Shown here: piece after piece, positions 48,868 to 61,782 of the stretch
Numbering within the stretch: position 1 is the first letter of the stretch
Layout: each line of letters begins with the position of its first letter
DNA from: Chrysemys picta bellii
Taxonomy: Eukaryota
Direction of reading: 5' to 3'
DNA length: 64,000 nucleotides
Assembly: GCF_011386835.1 (NCBI RefSeq)
Contig: NC_088799.1
Span: forward strand, 2,852,001-2,916,000
Translations under genes and position numbers: made by a program
Notes under the pieces: model-generated
What the model was told of the DNA's origin: nothing
What the model saw: only the letters and a program-made list of their open reading frames with translations
The model's database searches: none

Positions 48868-49134
48868 GGTTTGGTCTACACTTCACAAGTTTTACTGCCA
48901 TAAGTGTATCAGTAAAGGGGGTGGTGTCTTACCAACACAGCTGTGCTGGGAAAAGTCCTGGGGTAGGCACATTATACTGGTACAAGATCCTTTAAACTGG
49001 TCTAGCTTATTCTGCTTCAGAGCAGAGTGAACAACGCCAGCATAAGCATTTTTGTACTAGCACAGCTGCATCTACACTGGGAAAGTTTTGTTGTTCTAAC
49101 TGAGCCAGCAAATCTTTTAAATGTAGACAAGACC
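48868..49134. mobile_element. Harbinger-type MITE
   Basis: TIRs ggtttggtctaca / tgtagacaagacc; related degenerate copy ~54500-54755. Confidence 0.75.
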
Positions 49135-51324
49135 TTGGTAGAGTTTTGCAGCCTTTTATATTCACTCCCCAAGGGTGGGAATGGCTATGGGAGGGGCACA
49201 GAAACCTTAATAGTCTCGGTAGGAATATGGAGTGACACTGAGTTCTCATCTTTCTCTCTCTAGGTACTGAGGAGCTCCGGTTCCCTGACCACACCAGCAC
49301 AAAAACCAATTGAGAGAAAGCAGACAGTATAACTCGTACTAGTCCAGGATACAGTCATACACAGTAATAATAAAGGTTAGTAATAGTATAATAGTGAGCA
49401 GTTAATGCCAAGTGTGGTGGACATCTTATTGTAGAAAACAGAGCTGGAACAAACAAGGTCTCTGTATTAGACTGCTTGGGGCAGGAAGTTTGCCCATTCT
49501 ATGCTCGGCCTGCACTGAGCCCACTTTCCCACTCATCAGCTAAAATACTCTTGCTCTAGTAACTTATCTGTCTCCACAGCCTGGGACAGAGATTTTCCCT
49601 ACAGGATATTCTCTAGCGCTTTTGAACAACAGGGCATCTCTCAAGCAGTGGTGACAAGACCATACCATTCCCTGGCTTCTTCTCTGAACAATGAACGGAG
49701 TCAAACCAGGAACAAAGCACACCTTGCAATACAATGATTTGGTTTTACAGCTTCATGTGTAACAAACCCAACCAGCTGAGAGCTGCAAACAATTTCTCAT
49801 GAGCAACCTCTCCCATTGCAAACGCATTTCACTCCAGCAGAGGACGTTCCCCTTCCGCGACCATTTGGACCGGCACATTGTTCTCCCAGGAATATTCCCA
49901 GAGAACAAAGTTGCCAAGTTTGCAGACTGTAGGTGGTACATTGTATATAGGACAGGACATTGCTTGAGACTGCAGCAGAGCAGAGCAGGCCTTCCCGGAG
50001 CCCAGCAACGAAATAAGCCGAGAAGCCCTTGGTTGCTCCCTTCCCAAGGATGCAGCAGCCCACGCAGGTGCTCTGCATTAATGACTGTGGTGTTGATGAC
50101 AGGCAATAACAGACTAGGAGATGTTCTGATGCTCTTGGCATCCACGAGCACGTGTCACCTCCCTAGGGAGAAGAGAAAAACTGAGCAACATAAAGGAAGC
50201 AAAATACTCACATACTAGCTGAGAGAGAGGGAGTTGCAGCCTGCAGTAATCAGAGACCCAGCAGCCATCCTAGGGCTGGAGCCAGCTCTCTTCCCCAGAT
50301 TTAAAGGGCCAGCTGCCAGGAGAGCATGCTGGGAAGGGCTCTTACAAGCAGTAAACCCAAAGTGTGGGACTCAGAAAGCAGGAAGCTCTTAGTGAAAGCA
50401 GGATGTGTTCCTGCCTGCGTGAGGGCTAGGGAGTTGGATGAAAGATAACCTGGGGTTTTCAGGAATTGCAGCCCTGGGTTTGAGCTAGTTTGAGCTTGTG
50501 TTTGTGTATTAAACAGTCAGATTGCTTTTGGACATTAATTGATTCCCTTACATGAGATTTAATTGTCACCACACATCAAGGTTTTATCTGGCATGGGAAA
50601 CTCATAATTTTCAACACAGCAGGGGAACAGCGTTCCCCAAAATCTCTACTGAGGGTCCCAGCACGGAGGCGCTGAACAAGCCCTTTCAACCTAAATTCTT
50701 CCCCCAGAGCGCTCAACCTGTGCACGGAATGACGCAGGTGTCCTGGGGAAATATAGTATGTGATCATGTAATTAAAGACTGTAGCATGATGCATACACAC
50801 AAGGGGAGCTGAATTCAGGGTGCACAGGCAACCTGAATTCTGGCATTTCCTAAGGTTTGAGTGCTTGGCTTTGCCACCTACAGAAAGTTCTTTGAGCATA
50901 GTTCTTTGGTGTGTAATTGTATAAAGAAAAGAACGCATGCACAGGTCTTTGGTGCAGTATCATTACAAAGAAAGGTGGCAAGAATCCTTAGGAATTAAAA
51001 GTGTTAAGAACTAATTAGAGGTGTTCCTACCCCCTCCCCTATAAACCCACATCAACAACTTGTATGGGAAATACAAGCGCACCATCACATTCCAATAAGG
51101 GGCTCCCTGGGACCCCCAGAGGATGAATTGTCACGGTTGCTGGTTTCCAGCCATAGGCCTGTAGAAATTAAGTACATTATTTTAGAAATGAGATATGGAG
51201 CCTTCTGCCTAGGTGACTGGTTCAATTAAAGTTACCAGGAGGTCACCACAAGCCATTTCCCTTGGATAGGTGTTAAGTGGCCTACATAAAATTGGAGGGG
51301 GTCGTGGAGAGAAAAAGGCTGAGA

Positions 51325-51380
51325 ACCCCTGGACTAGATGACCTCCTGAGGTCTCATCCAACCCTCATCTTCTGTGATTC
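51325..51380 (+). mobile_element. CR1 terminal tail, preceded by a hAT-like end (aaaaaggctgagaacccctg)
   Basis: ggactagatgacctcctgaggtctcatccaaccctcatcttctgtgattct. Confidence 0.75.
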
Positions 51381-51537
51381 TCTGAGGCAAACCCGAGCGA
51401 AGAAAACATTTGCTTCATTTCTCTGTGCGATTTCGACGGGACCAGCGTCCTTTCCCCCAGGAACGATGCGAATGCTGCTGTCGCCTTCATTTAAAAGCCC
51501 CGCAGCTGTTGCAAGGAGCTGCCCAAGGACAGGTCAC

Positions 51538-51643
51538 CTTCCAGTTGCTGCTTTTGCGCCTGTTCCTCCTGAACGCGTCGAGCCAGATTCTGCACCGCAT
51601 TGTAGAGCAATTCCACTGACCCCCGGGGAGTTAGTCCAGCTTT
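51538..51643 (-). CDS. Putative coding exon of unknown gene, coiled-coil-like (KAGLTPRGSVELLYNAVQNLARRVQEEQAQKQQLE)
   Basis: Acceptor catttgcacccctag|, weak donor AAG|gtgacc (or read-through to TAA at 51491-51493); helical E/Q/K/R-rich peptide; retained CpGs. Confidence 0.45.
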
Positions 51644-53115
51644 CTAGGGGTGCAAATGTCCTCAGAGCTTGGCCTCTAGCTTGCCGGGCGCATCACTAGT
51701 GCCTTTGTCTGTCTGTCTGCTGGGCCCAGCTCACCCCCGGGACACTGCTGCCCTCAGGGCTCCTGTCTTTGGAAGGCCAGACCCCCAGTCCCTGCCTCCC
51801 TCCCAGAGACCACCAACAGCTGCTGTTCCGCCCTGTGCCCCAGGTGCTGTAATTATTCATACACTTTCCCAGGGACACTTTACCCTGCCCCCCATGGCCT
51901 GAAGAACGAAGTCTGGGTTCCTGGCCAGCACTCCTGTGCGTCAGGCCCTTTCCGCAGCGCTGGTCTAACAGCTGTTGGGGCTGGTGCGGGCTCAGCAAGG
52001 AGATTTCATGGAGTTACCCTTATCCCCCCGGCTCCCGCCCTTGGGCTTGGAAGAGGAAAAAGCAAGGTCCTTGCCAAGCCCAGCCCAAGCTAGAATCCTC
52101 CTGAGCGATTCTCCCCCGCCTGGGTTGTCACTGACCTCTGTGCTAAGCGGGAGTTAGCTGCTACCAGATCAGAACTCTGCACTCACGTTACACTGTTCCG
52201 AACACGTGTTGCCTCTGAACTCATGTGGAAAGGGCTATGCAGGGTGCAAGGCAGGAGAGAATCAGGCCCTCTGAACTCACAATTCTCAAGACACACTTCA
52301 GCTGCCCCCTGTGTTTATACCTGAGCTGTGACGGAAGCAGTTTGCATTGTGCAGGTCTCACGTTCCTCACTGGAGCGCGTCACATACAGTGAACCTGCCT
52401 GTCCTCCTCCCTGCACGTCTCCCCACCGCTAAGAACTGCTCGTCAACAACAAAATTCTCCCTCTGCTCCCTTTGAGGCTACCCCATCTTCTGGCCTGCCG
52501 CTGAACTGCCTGACTAATGTAGAGTTGACACTGTGTGGTGCTCTCTGGGGTTGGTACAGCATTGAGCACAGGGCTGGTTCTTGTACTTGAAGTGCCTTCC
52601 TTGAGGGGATCTGCCCTTGTGATGCACCATCTATGGGTGGTCCAGCGATGGACATACGTCAAGGCTTCCCTCCCTGGAAAGCTATTCAGCATCTCCCCGC
52701 GATCTAGAAATCAGGCAGGAGTCTTCAGATGTTGTGAGAGCCAAAGAGTCACGTCTCCCAAGCACCGTGGCAGGCGAGGGTCTGAGCAGCTGGGGAGAAA
52801 ACGTACAGGAGGCCTGGTGCAGGTAAAACACATCCCTCGGCAACCTTCATGGAGGAGGTCCAGACCCAATACAAACCGCTGGCCGCTTTCTTTCATAGAG
52901 CAATGCAACAGTCTTCATTCCTCGGCCTAAAATCCCCTCCCCTCCCACATGCTGCCAGCACTCTCTTGTCAGCAGCCCGGCTCTCCTTCTCGTGCGGATA
53001 GCCCAGCCGCTTTGTAAAGCTCAGAGTCTCACTAGCTGCAGCTGCCGCTCAGACAGGCCCCTAGCTAGGACTGTGTAGGGGCAGTGGGTGTCTTTTGGAA
53101 GAAGGCTGGGGTCTG

Positions 53116-53127
53116 ATTGGGGTGGGG
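53116..53127 (-). promoter_or_regulatory. CCAAT box plus CACCC box, possible promoter for a minus-strand transcript
   Basis: ccccaccccaatcag in a GC-rich tract about 1.5 kb upstream of the 51538-51643 exon candidate. Confidence 0.25.
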
Positions 53128-54433
53128 TGTCTCTCTCTCTTGGGCTGGGGGTTTGGGAGCCTGGCTAGCTAGAGGCAGCTCCCTGGGGGGAGCCCAGGGC
53201 TTTTACTGAGCTCCATCAGCTTCTGTTCTCAGTAGCCATCTGGCCACCTGTTGCCCCCACCGCCCCAGCCTCTGGCTACCACTGCTGTGGCCACCACCCC
53301 TCAGATCCAACAGTGGAACAGCCAGACGAGCGTCAGACAGGCTGCCTGAAACCAGGCTCTATCAAGCAGCCATGGGAGGAATTACAGCTCTGCTTGTGGG
53401 CCAGCTAAATGCGTGAGGATCCCACCGGTGTGCAGGAATACGTGCCAGGGCAGCCAAATGCATGGCTGTCACGTGAGCGGGGGGACACCTGGCAGGCCTA
53501 GGTGAGTGCCCTGCAGGATTAGAGATGGATTGCAGATCTCTCAAACTCTCTTTTCAGCCGATTTCTCCAGCAAGCAGCTGCCATCTGCATCGGGTGTCTT
53601 CTGCCGCGGTGGTTCAGAAGTGGGATGGGTGGGGACAGACAGGTGTCTGGCTGGGCTCCATCCAGGCATTGAGATTTGGGCTCAGTTTAATTGCAGTGGT
53701 CTGTAACTGGAGGCCATCGCTGGTGATGCCCTGCCTCCGGCCACCACTAATAGAAACCTGGCTTCCGGCAGCTGCAGCCTCCCTTGCTGAATGTAGCCGA
53801 TACAGTGCAAGCAACACGGTCGCCTTCTGCTGTTCTGGCCATCCTAGCCGGGCTCTTGTCTGGCCTGGGGAGAGACTGTCCTGCTCGGACGCTGACCGAG
53901 GACTATTGGCAAATGACCACCCTGTCTCCGTAGCTGCTTGTATTTGGTAGAGGAGCAGAACTTGCTTTTCCTTTCAGTTTACGAGCAATACGGGCCTGGC
54001 CTTGCCGTTAAAGTCAGAGGTTGGCTGGTAGGAAGCCACGGTCTAGAGCCCCTCCACTCACACTCAGCACGTGCCCTGCCGTCATCTGCTCTTTTCTTGG
54101 TTTGCCGACAAGATGCCAAAAAAAATTCCACCCTCATGTACCTCCACACCAGCAATTCGATTGGCCCATTCTCCCGCAACAAGAAAAGTCCTGCTGAATC
54201 CAATGGTACTGCAGATCCGCGGGGTTTTTCTTCCTGCTTCTATTATTATTTGGCATGGGGATGACGCCGCTTGGGCTGTGGTTACATTTTTTAAACCTCA
54301 TCTTCTAATTATGTCAGAGCAGTAGGAAGCTTTCAGTTCCTATCTCATCCCGTCTAAGAGACTGTCCCCAACCAGGCTGGGGAAGTGATCGCTGGCACTG
54401 AAAGCAGAGCTCTTGGTCTCGCTGTATATTGGA

Positions 54434-54448
54434 GTGACCTCTAGTGGC
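54434..54448 (-). promoter_or_regulatory. Candidate CTCF site
   Basis: GCCACTAGAGGTCAC close match to core. Confidence 0.5.
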
Positions 54449-56984
54449 AAGCAGAAGATATAACCCTGGCAATCTTTATTATCCTTGTCAGCGCACAGAC
54501 TAAGCACCACTTCACACTGGTGTAGTTTACACACACTTCGGCACGGCTGCAGTCCTATTGGTGTAAAGCTGTTTACACTGGTATAGCTTATAGCCGTACA
54601 GGAATAGGCCTGAGCGATGGCATCTTTATACCAGCATGGCTGCACCCGGCTAAGGGATTGTCCGGGTATAATCGATACAGATTTGTTTTAAAAATCACAA
54701 TTCTGCACCTCATAGTGATACCCGTTCATTCACTGGGTGGAAGCCAGGCCTCAGTGAAAACCAAAACTAAACCCAAACTACCCAGGAAAAATTGTCAAAC
54801 GGGCGCTCATCCTACCCTTGCCTTTTTAGTTAACTTCATTTCTCACTCTAGCATTTCAGTCTTCACAAGCGCTCTGGGAGGCAGGGAAGTATTACCGAGC
54901 AGAGAATGGATACTGAAGTGCTAGCTAGCTGATAGAGAAAACGAGACTGCTTTTCTGTGATTAAATTGTTTGTTATGTTCAAATTAAGTTTATTCTAAAC
55001 GTCACAATTTTTCCAGTTTCTCAACAAAACAATTTGCATAGAGACTTTTTCAATTAAAACAAACAAACACTGAAATATTTTCATTTAGGCTCCATTCAAT
55101 AACAAACATGAAAGTTTCATCACAAAAATTTTATTGCAAATCATTTCATCAAAAAAACTGGAAAATTTCAACCAATAAGAATTTTTTTTCACAAAATGCT
55201 GGTACAGCTTAAAAATCCCTTTTTAAATCAAATCATCTTTTCAGCCCTCGCTAGTAGTATTTGTTTCTTTTTTTAAGGCTGAGAAATTTCACACTTTGGA
55301 GGAGAAAGAGCAAACCTTTCTCAGACAGGCTGATTTAAAAAAAAAGGTAAATAGCAGCTCTCTGACATCATTTAACATTCCAACCCCCTAAGCAAGTCCC
55401 ACAGATGGGCTGGTGGTCAAATGGGCGTGATGCATTTATTTATTACAGCTGTTGCATTTTATCATGTGGCTCTCTCTTCTCCGGATACATAGTGCATTGA
55501 GCTGAAAGCCCATGCTGGTGCACGGATATAGTTCATAAAGTCATGTGTGTGTAAAAGCCAAAAACAGGGTGCTTGTTTCCACGCCCTGCACTGCAGCGAT
55601 GCCGAGCAATTATGCGGTTTGAACGTGTTCCCCAAAGTTTGTACACAGAGCTGACCCCTGACTGGAGACACAGACATCTCTTTGTTTCCATAGAGCTGTG
55701 ACTCCATCCTTCTCTGAGCAGCTGTCACATTCCCACCACCTTTGGACTCCATCATCCCATTTGGTTCTCACGAAGCCTGGTGATGTCTGAACCTGGGGAT
55801 ATTCTGAACAAAAGGAGCCCTCAGCCACACCTGTAGCTGTTTCCATCACTTCCCTGCAATGCAGCAGACATTCTAGGCTTCAGAATGACACAGTGACAGT
55901 CCTGGAAGATGGGTGTTGATTTGTGCAGATGGCAAAGGAGGTGGGGGTGCTGCAGTGGGGGCCTATGCTTGTTTGGCATTATTTCAGTTGTGGTGATTTG
56001 TGTCTAGGTGGGTTGCCCTGGGACATTTGTGTGGGTGGCAAATTGAGAGGCTTGTACTGCAGGGAGGAGCTTTGTGCATTTGCAGCGATTGTGTGCACTG
56101 GTTGTGGTGTGGATTTTTAAAGAACTGTAGCAATTGAGTCAAGTCATTCGTCATCTGTGCAGTCTCCCTCGTACAACCAATTAAATTGCTGCATCCAAAT
56201 TAGCTGCAAAGCCAGGGTGGTAATTGGTTGAGTTACTTCTGATATCCTAAAGATCTAGTACTCTTGGCCTAGCATAGATACAGCCCTGAAACAGCACGTC
56301 ACGTCACTCCAAGTCAAAACGGACGAGAATTTAAAAATTAGATGGTAATAGACTGCGAATCTCAGTGAGGACCTGCTGATATTCTGCACCAAAAAAGCTC
56401 TCAGCCGTGCTTGCAACTGCCTCACACTGACTGTACGATGTGGAATCTTATTCTGTAGGCAATACAGCTGGGAATTCTGCACACGTGTATACAGTGAGAC
56501 ATGCCCCAGCTCTAATTGAGAGGGACTTTTAAAGCACAGAATGTGTTTGGCGAGATGGAAATTTGAAAAACTCGACATTTTCTACTAGAGGCCAATGGGA
56601 GACGTGGGTCTGAAAGGTTGCCAATACGAAACAAACATAGTTCTGGGGGCAGTTATTTCCTGCCGTTTATTTGCTTTCCAATGTAGCCCCTGCTACCATC
56701 TCTCTCCCGTTTTCCTTCCACTCTATTTTTTATGATGTCCCAAAAGAGCTTCCCCCTACCCATGCCTGATCTCAAGACAAGGCATGTGGCAGAATGCCTG
56801 ATGGAGCTGGTGGGACAAGCCAATTTGAAGAGGTCTCATCCACCCAGCCTGGCCCATCTATACCTCCCCCACCCACTACTTTTACATCTTTAGGGCTTTA
56901 TCGTGCCAACAAGCATCACAATATCTGAGCACCTTCCACGGAAAAGTGGTAGCAATTGTGGAGTCCCGACTGGCCTCTCTCCCT

Positions 56985-57900
56985 TGGTTTCCTGTATAAT
57001 CCTGTGGCATTACACCCCATATTCAGGATAGTAAAATTATGATGTAAGTATAGCATAATTATGATGTATTTTGTGCAAGAGAAGGCATGTGAGATCATTG
57101 GAAAGGTTATGATTTAGTGAATGATGATCATATTTGTATGCATGTATTGTTTTTGTATCTGACATTCAGAATACTGTCTATGCATCTATTACAAATGTGT
57201 TTACACCTGGGGAACACCCACTAGACAGAATGCAATCAGTCTAGATTGCTGGCTGGAAAGGCCCATTAGGAAGAACAATAGGTCTTAGAAGATGCTAATA
57301 TCTCATCAGGGATCCTTCCTAGTAAAGCCTTCCTGGGGACACTGCAAACAGCCTCGGAAGTATGGCTGGAGGGTCAGGTGATCAAGTCACCTGATACTGG
57401 ACTCCATGATAATATTAGTATTTTTCCACTTGACTGAGGGTGGGAATCACACTGGACGACAAAGGATTCCTGCCATATGTAAACCCTATTTAAGGCAGAG
57501 GGACATAATCATGGTTAGTTCTTCACTGAATCCCCGCCCAAGCTGACTGCTGTAAACATCTAAGAAACAAAGACTGAAGGAGGGGAGAAGGACAGAGCCC
57601 AGCCTGGAAAGTTGTCTAGCCTGTGAATGAAACATCTGAAGTTTTAAGTTGCAGGCAAGTACAGCTGGCCTTCAAGAATCTCTACAATCTGCCTAAAACA
57701 ACATTTAGGGTGAGAAATTACTACTTGTAACCAGATTCTTTAGTATTTTAAGCTTAGATTGTGTGTTTGTTTCATTTGCTGAATAGTCTGTTTTGATCCG
57801 TTTGCTATCCCCTATAATCACTTAAAAATCTATCTTTTGTAGTTAATAAACTTGTTTTGTTTTGTCTAAAACCAGTGTGTGGGGAAATTATAACTTGGGG
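56985..57900 (+). mobile_element. Solo LTR (Gypsy/ERV-type)
   Basis: tgtggcattacaccccatattc start region, TATA-like ctatttaaggc (~57487), polyA ttaataaacttg (~57843); boundaries approximate. Confidence 0.7.
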
Positions 57901-58587
57901 CAGTTTGGACTCCAAATTTTGATGCTATCTTTAGGAACCTCACATTATTTTAGCTTGTTCAGCTACAAATCAAGTTGTGACTCGGGAACAGCTTCGTGTC
58001 TGATTGTGTGTTTCAGTTGCACGCATTTGGAATGTAGTCTTTGGTGCCTCTAAAGGTGGTTGATCACATGGCATTTGTCAGGTTTCCTCCCCTTTTCTGC
58101 TTCCCTAATTCCATTTTAGGCTTATTAGGTAGACTCAGGAAGTTTCAAATAGACTATTTGCAAATTATAAACCACACTTAAAAAAAACCCCTTGCAAATA
58201 AATCCACTGTTTTATTTTTTCAGTATCACAGTCTCAGTAAGTGAAACAGACCACATTCCTTCCATGACATTACCCACCCTTCTCAATCTCTCTAGACACA
58301 ATACAATCGAGTTAAAATATAACCAATATTTTGCTACTTCTATTAAGTTGGAAGAACATTGGTATTATAAGTGAAGCACCAAAAGAAGCCAAGGATGGAA
58401 TGAACTGGAACGTGAAATCTCACACCTTTCCAGCTCTTACAGAAGCAACAAAAAGGGGACACTAGACAAGGAAAATGTACTTCGCAAGCCTTTTGACTCA
58501 CATTAAGAAAAATAATTAAGTTCAATAGCCTTATGAATCCGTGGAGAAGAACACAGATGGATGCAGGTGGATAACAAAAGACTATGG

Positions 58588-58593
58588 TTTATT
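58588..58593 (-). terminator. Distal polyadenylation signal AATAAA
   Basis: ttcAATAAAccatagtcttttgttatcc; U/GU-rich sequence downstream. Confidence 0.55.
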
Positions 58594-59078
58594 GAACAAG
58601 ATGGACAAGGCGATATTCTCTTTACATTCAATGAGTTCAGGAAAAAAGAAGCAAAACATGCTACACACACACAAACGTGATACTTTGGTTAAATATCATT
58701 CAGAAGTTCTATGTTAAACCTGGTAAAACTATAGGACGAACAGTCAAAAAATAATAGGGTTGCATAGATGGATTATTGTCAGTGTACGATTTACATTTAT
58801 GGGTTAGCTGTTAGAACACAGGGCGCGTTTGCAGCTCTGAGGGAGTTAGCCACTTGACTAATTAATTTTACTCTATGGCTAATATCTCCTTGCCCCAGGC
58901 TGAACGTTTACCCTGAAGAGCTACATTAGTTACTTCTCTGAGGTGGTTAGCTGTATTGCAGTGCATAAACACAGGTGGAGACACAGCAGAATCTACTTAA
59001 AGAGAACACTGATACAGTGAAACTGTTTATTGGGACAAAGACAGTACTGTAGTTAAGGGGGCAGTGTTTGTCTCCACC

Positions 59079-59093
59079 ACTGCCCTCTGCTGG
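59079..59093 (-). promoter_or_regulatory. Candidate CTCF site
   Basis: CCAGCAGAGGGCAGT full core match with upstream cgcagttc module. Confidence 0.6.
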
Positions 59094-61125
59094 ATAGAGT
59101 CTGAACTGCGTCTCATTACAGGCCCGTGCTGCTAATTGTTAATGGAGAGATGTTTCTAGCGCAAGAGGCAGGGCCCTGTGCTTTCAGCGCAGGAGGTGCT
59201 GAGTTCTAGGCCTGCTAGAGCCAGTGGGTGCAGCATAGTGACCACGACCGTGAAATTATTAGAGAACCACAAAGTCTGTTACAGCATCATCTTAAAAAAT
59301 AAACTGTGCAACTGCTACCGATAGGGATTAAAAATATCTTCTCAACAGAAGCAACCAGCTATTGAGGGATATATACAGCTCCAAGCTGCACTGCCGAACC
59401 TCCCATCACAATCAGTGCTGCCCCATAGGTGTCTCCCAAACCAACAAAATGAGGGGAAGTCAAGAGAGCTTTGGAACTCAGGAGATAAGGGGCCCCAAGA
59501 ACTGTCTCCTGCACTGGCAGATGGGCAAAATTCAACTGCAGATCTGGAAAATGATGGGGCAAGTGCAAATTCAAATGTTCCCTGGTGCTGCAGGATCCCT
59601 TCCATAACAACTCTGCTTGGATCGAGCTTCCCAGGGGGCAAGGCCCGTGGGACAACCCAGATCCCACTTCCCCCTAAGTATTGTGCCCATCTCAGTCGTA
59701 TCTCAGCACAGCTGCACTGGCTCTGCAAGGCTCCCAGCACTGAGAACCTGCTCAGGGCGGCAGATGCCCGGGAGGATATGCTGCATAAGAAGGCCACTTT
59801 TGATTATTTTACTGATTGGCCGTGCTGGGTTACAAGAGCACAAGGTAGGCTGGGGATTCTGCAGCCTTAAAATAAAAGCATGGTCTTTGCACTGCCTCCA
59901 AAACATTCCCGCTCGTGGAAATCATCAATCTGCAATCGACAGTTAGCTTGCACGCAGGCTAATATTAATCAACAATCCCGCATAAAAAAAATACATACGT
60001 ACATACATCAATCCAGTGTGGTAAGTTGAATGAATACTCTATGCTGGAACAGCTGGTCTGATTTGGCACAAAATAAAAATCACAAAAGTGGACTATAAAA
60101 AAAATCCATTTTTTCCTGTATTAAAGATGAATTGTCTCAATTCCCATCTTAAAAGACCTGCCTTGCTGCAATATAAAAATACTGAACATACAAGATCCTT
60201 TTGTCGAGCTAAGCAGATTTCAGCTGTTGTAGATTCTACCCTCCCTCCCCACGAAGGAAGTCAAATGATAAAAAATAACCTACCAATTAAAAAACGTTTT
60301 TTTCACAACAGTAACCAGAAAGTCCTTTAAAAGCCATGAGGTTAACCTGCTGCCTCTCTCCCATTGGCATCCTCCATTCTCCTCCTTGTACAGTACATGT
60401 CTTAAGATGGCAGGCTGGATTTATTTTATAGCACGCTGACTCTGATCAGAATGGCTACGGTGTCGACTACCCTGGGATTAAGGCACGATCACTCAGTTCG
60501 CCTAACCTCGCTCCTCAAAGATCGCTACAACTCTTGTGCTTTGGACGGAAGACCAGGTGGTGGCAAGAACATCGACCAAGACCGGGTATGGAAATCCGTT
60601 TGCTTCCCGCTCTTGTTGTACGAAGTGAGCTGCACACATCAAAGCTTCAGGCCGCATTAGTGATGTGTGCCTGCCAGCTAAGGAAACTCAGGAAGCAAAG
60701 GGCTTCACTGCCATGCACGTTCTGTTGCTTGTCATAAAGCACACAGGAAGAAATGCAACAGAGGTGGGAACGACACCGGCAGGGTTTTCCAGCCTTTTGC
60801 CGAATACGATTTAATTCAGAGCAAGGCAATAGGCCAAGGTACTTAAACGGAGCAACAGAAGGGTCGGTTCCCTGGCTTTCCATCAGGGAAAGAGCACATA
60901 GCCCAGGTTGGGTCTTATTAGAATCATCACTGACACCAACCAACCAGCCGGAGCTTTAGCTCTAAGGGCCAATGTTATGTCTGGCATAAGCAGCGGCCAC
61001 TCTACTGATAGCAACAGAGTCATTCATGGCTGCTTCGGCCTGTGCTCCTCGATCTTCCACCTATTGACGACCTGATCCTTGCTCAACAGATGCCTATTGA
61101 CTTCAACAGGAGCAGGGCTGGGTCC

Positions 61126-61283
61126 TTAGGGCCCGATCCAGTTCTCATTCAAGTCAACGGGAGCTTTGCCACCTAACTAAGCATCTTACGGCCCATTGAC
61201 TTCAATGGGACTTGAGCACCTTTCTTGAATAGGGATGCTTTCCAGAATCGGGCCCGGAAACAGGAGCAGGATCGGGCCCTTAA
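61126..61283. mobile_element. Small (possibly nested) MITE within the putative 3'UTR
   Basis: TIRs agggcccgatcc / ggatcgggccct flanked by tta/taa; second gaatcgggccc at 61245-61255; ccattgacttcaatggg palindrome. Confidence 0.7.
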
Positions 61284-61739
61284 AGACTTTCCTAATGGGG
61301 ATAAGATGGAAACTGTAGCCTCCAGTCGGGGCGCGGGAGGGGAAAAACATCATTAGCTGCCAAACCCCAACAGGAGCTGAGCTCCAGGGGTCGGATTCTC
61401 CCCGCCTTGTGACGTCCTTTAGACTTGCACAAAGCCACTGTAAAATGCAACCGTATTCTGATTTGGCAACTTTTTAAACCTCCCGGATGACCCGAGGGGC
61501 AGGACCTGGTCTTGGACCATTTGAGAATTGTCAGTACAGAAACTGCCCCCAGCCCCCGTTCCATTTCACAATACATGCAGGAAAAGACAGAAAAGTGGCA
61601 TTCTCGGCAGTAGAAAAGTTGACTGTTCCATGAAATATAAAAATAAACATTTATAACATAAAAACCTTGCAAATGGCACCAGCACATTTGCCAAAATTGT
61701 CAAATAAAAAGTACACGATGCATCTTGGGATCGTTTCCT

Positions 61740-61782
61740 TTAAAACTCCGTTAACACTTCTGACGAGATGGATGTGGGGCAA
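61740..61782 (-). CDS. Last coding exon of an unidentified gene (..S/CPTSISSEVLTEF*)
   Basis: Strong acceptor tgcccttgtctcctgctctttcag|; phase 2 matches the upstream exon; TAA followed by 3'UTR-like sequence. Confidence 0.65.

Larger units (their letters stand above)
58565..61739 (-). other. Putative 3'UTR of the minus-strand gene
   Basis: Follows TAA at 61740; U-rich and UGUA-rich blocks, largely free of large TEs, miRNA 8mer sites, AATAAA at 60420, 59026 and 58588. Confidence 0.6.

Noticed and set aside
49753-50218. Overlapping ORFs near a very strong minus-strand acceptor (~50162)
   Set aside because: Frame compatible with the 51538 donor hits an immediate stop; peptides unrecognisable
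59342-59870. Two antiparallel 151-aa ORFs
   Set aside because: Fall inside the putative 3'UTR, lack ATG starts or family motifs; likely chance in GC-balanced DNA
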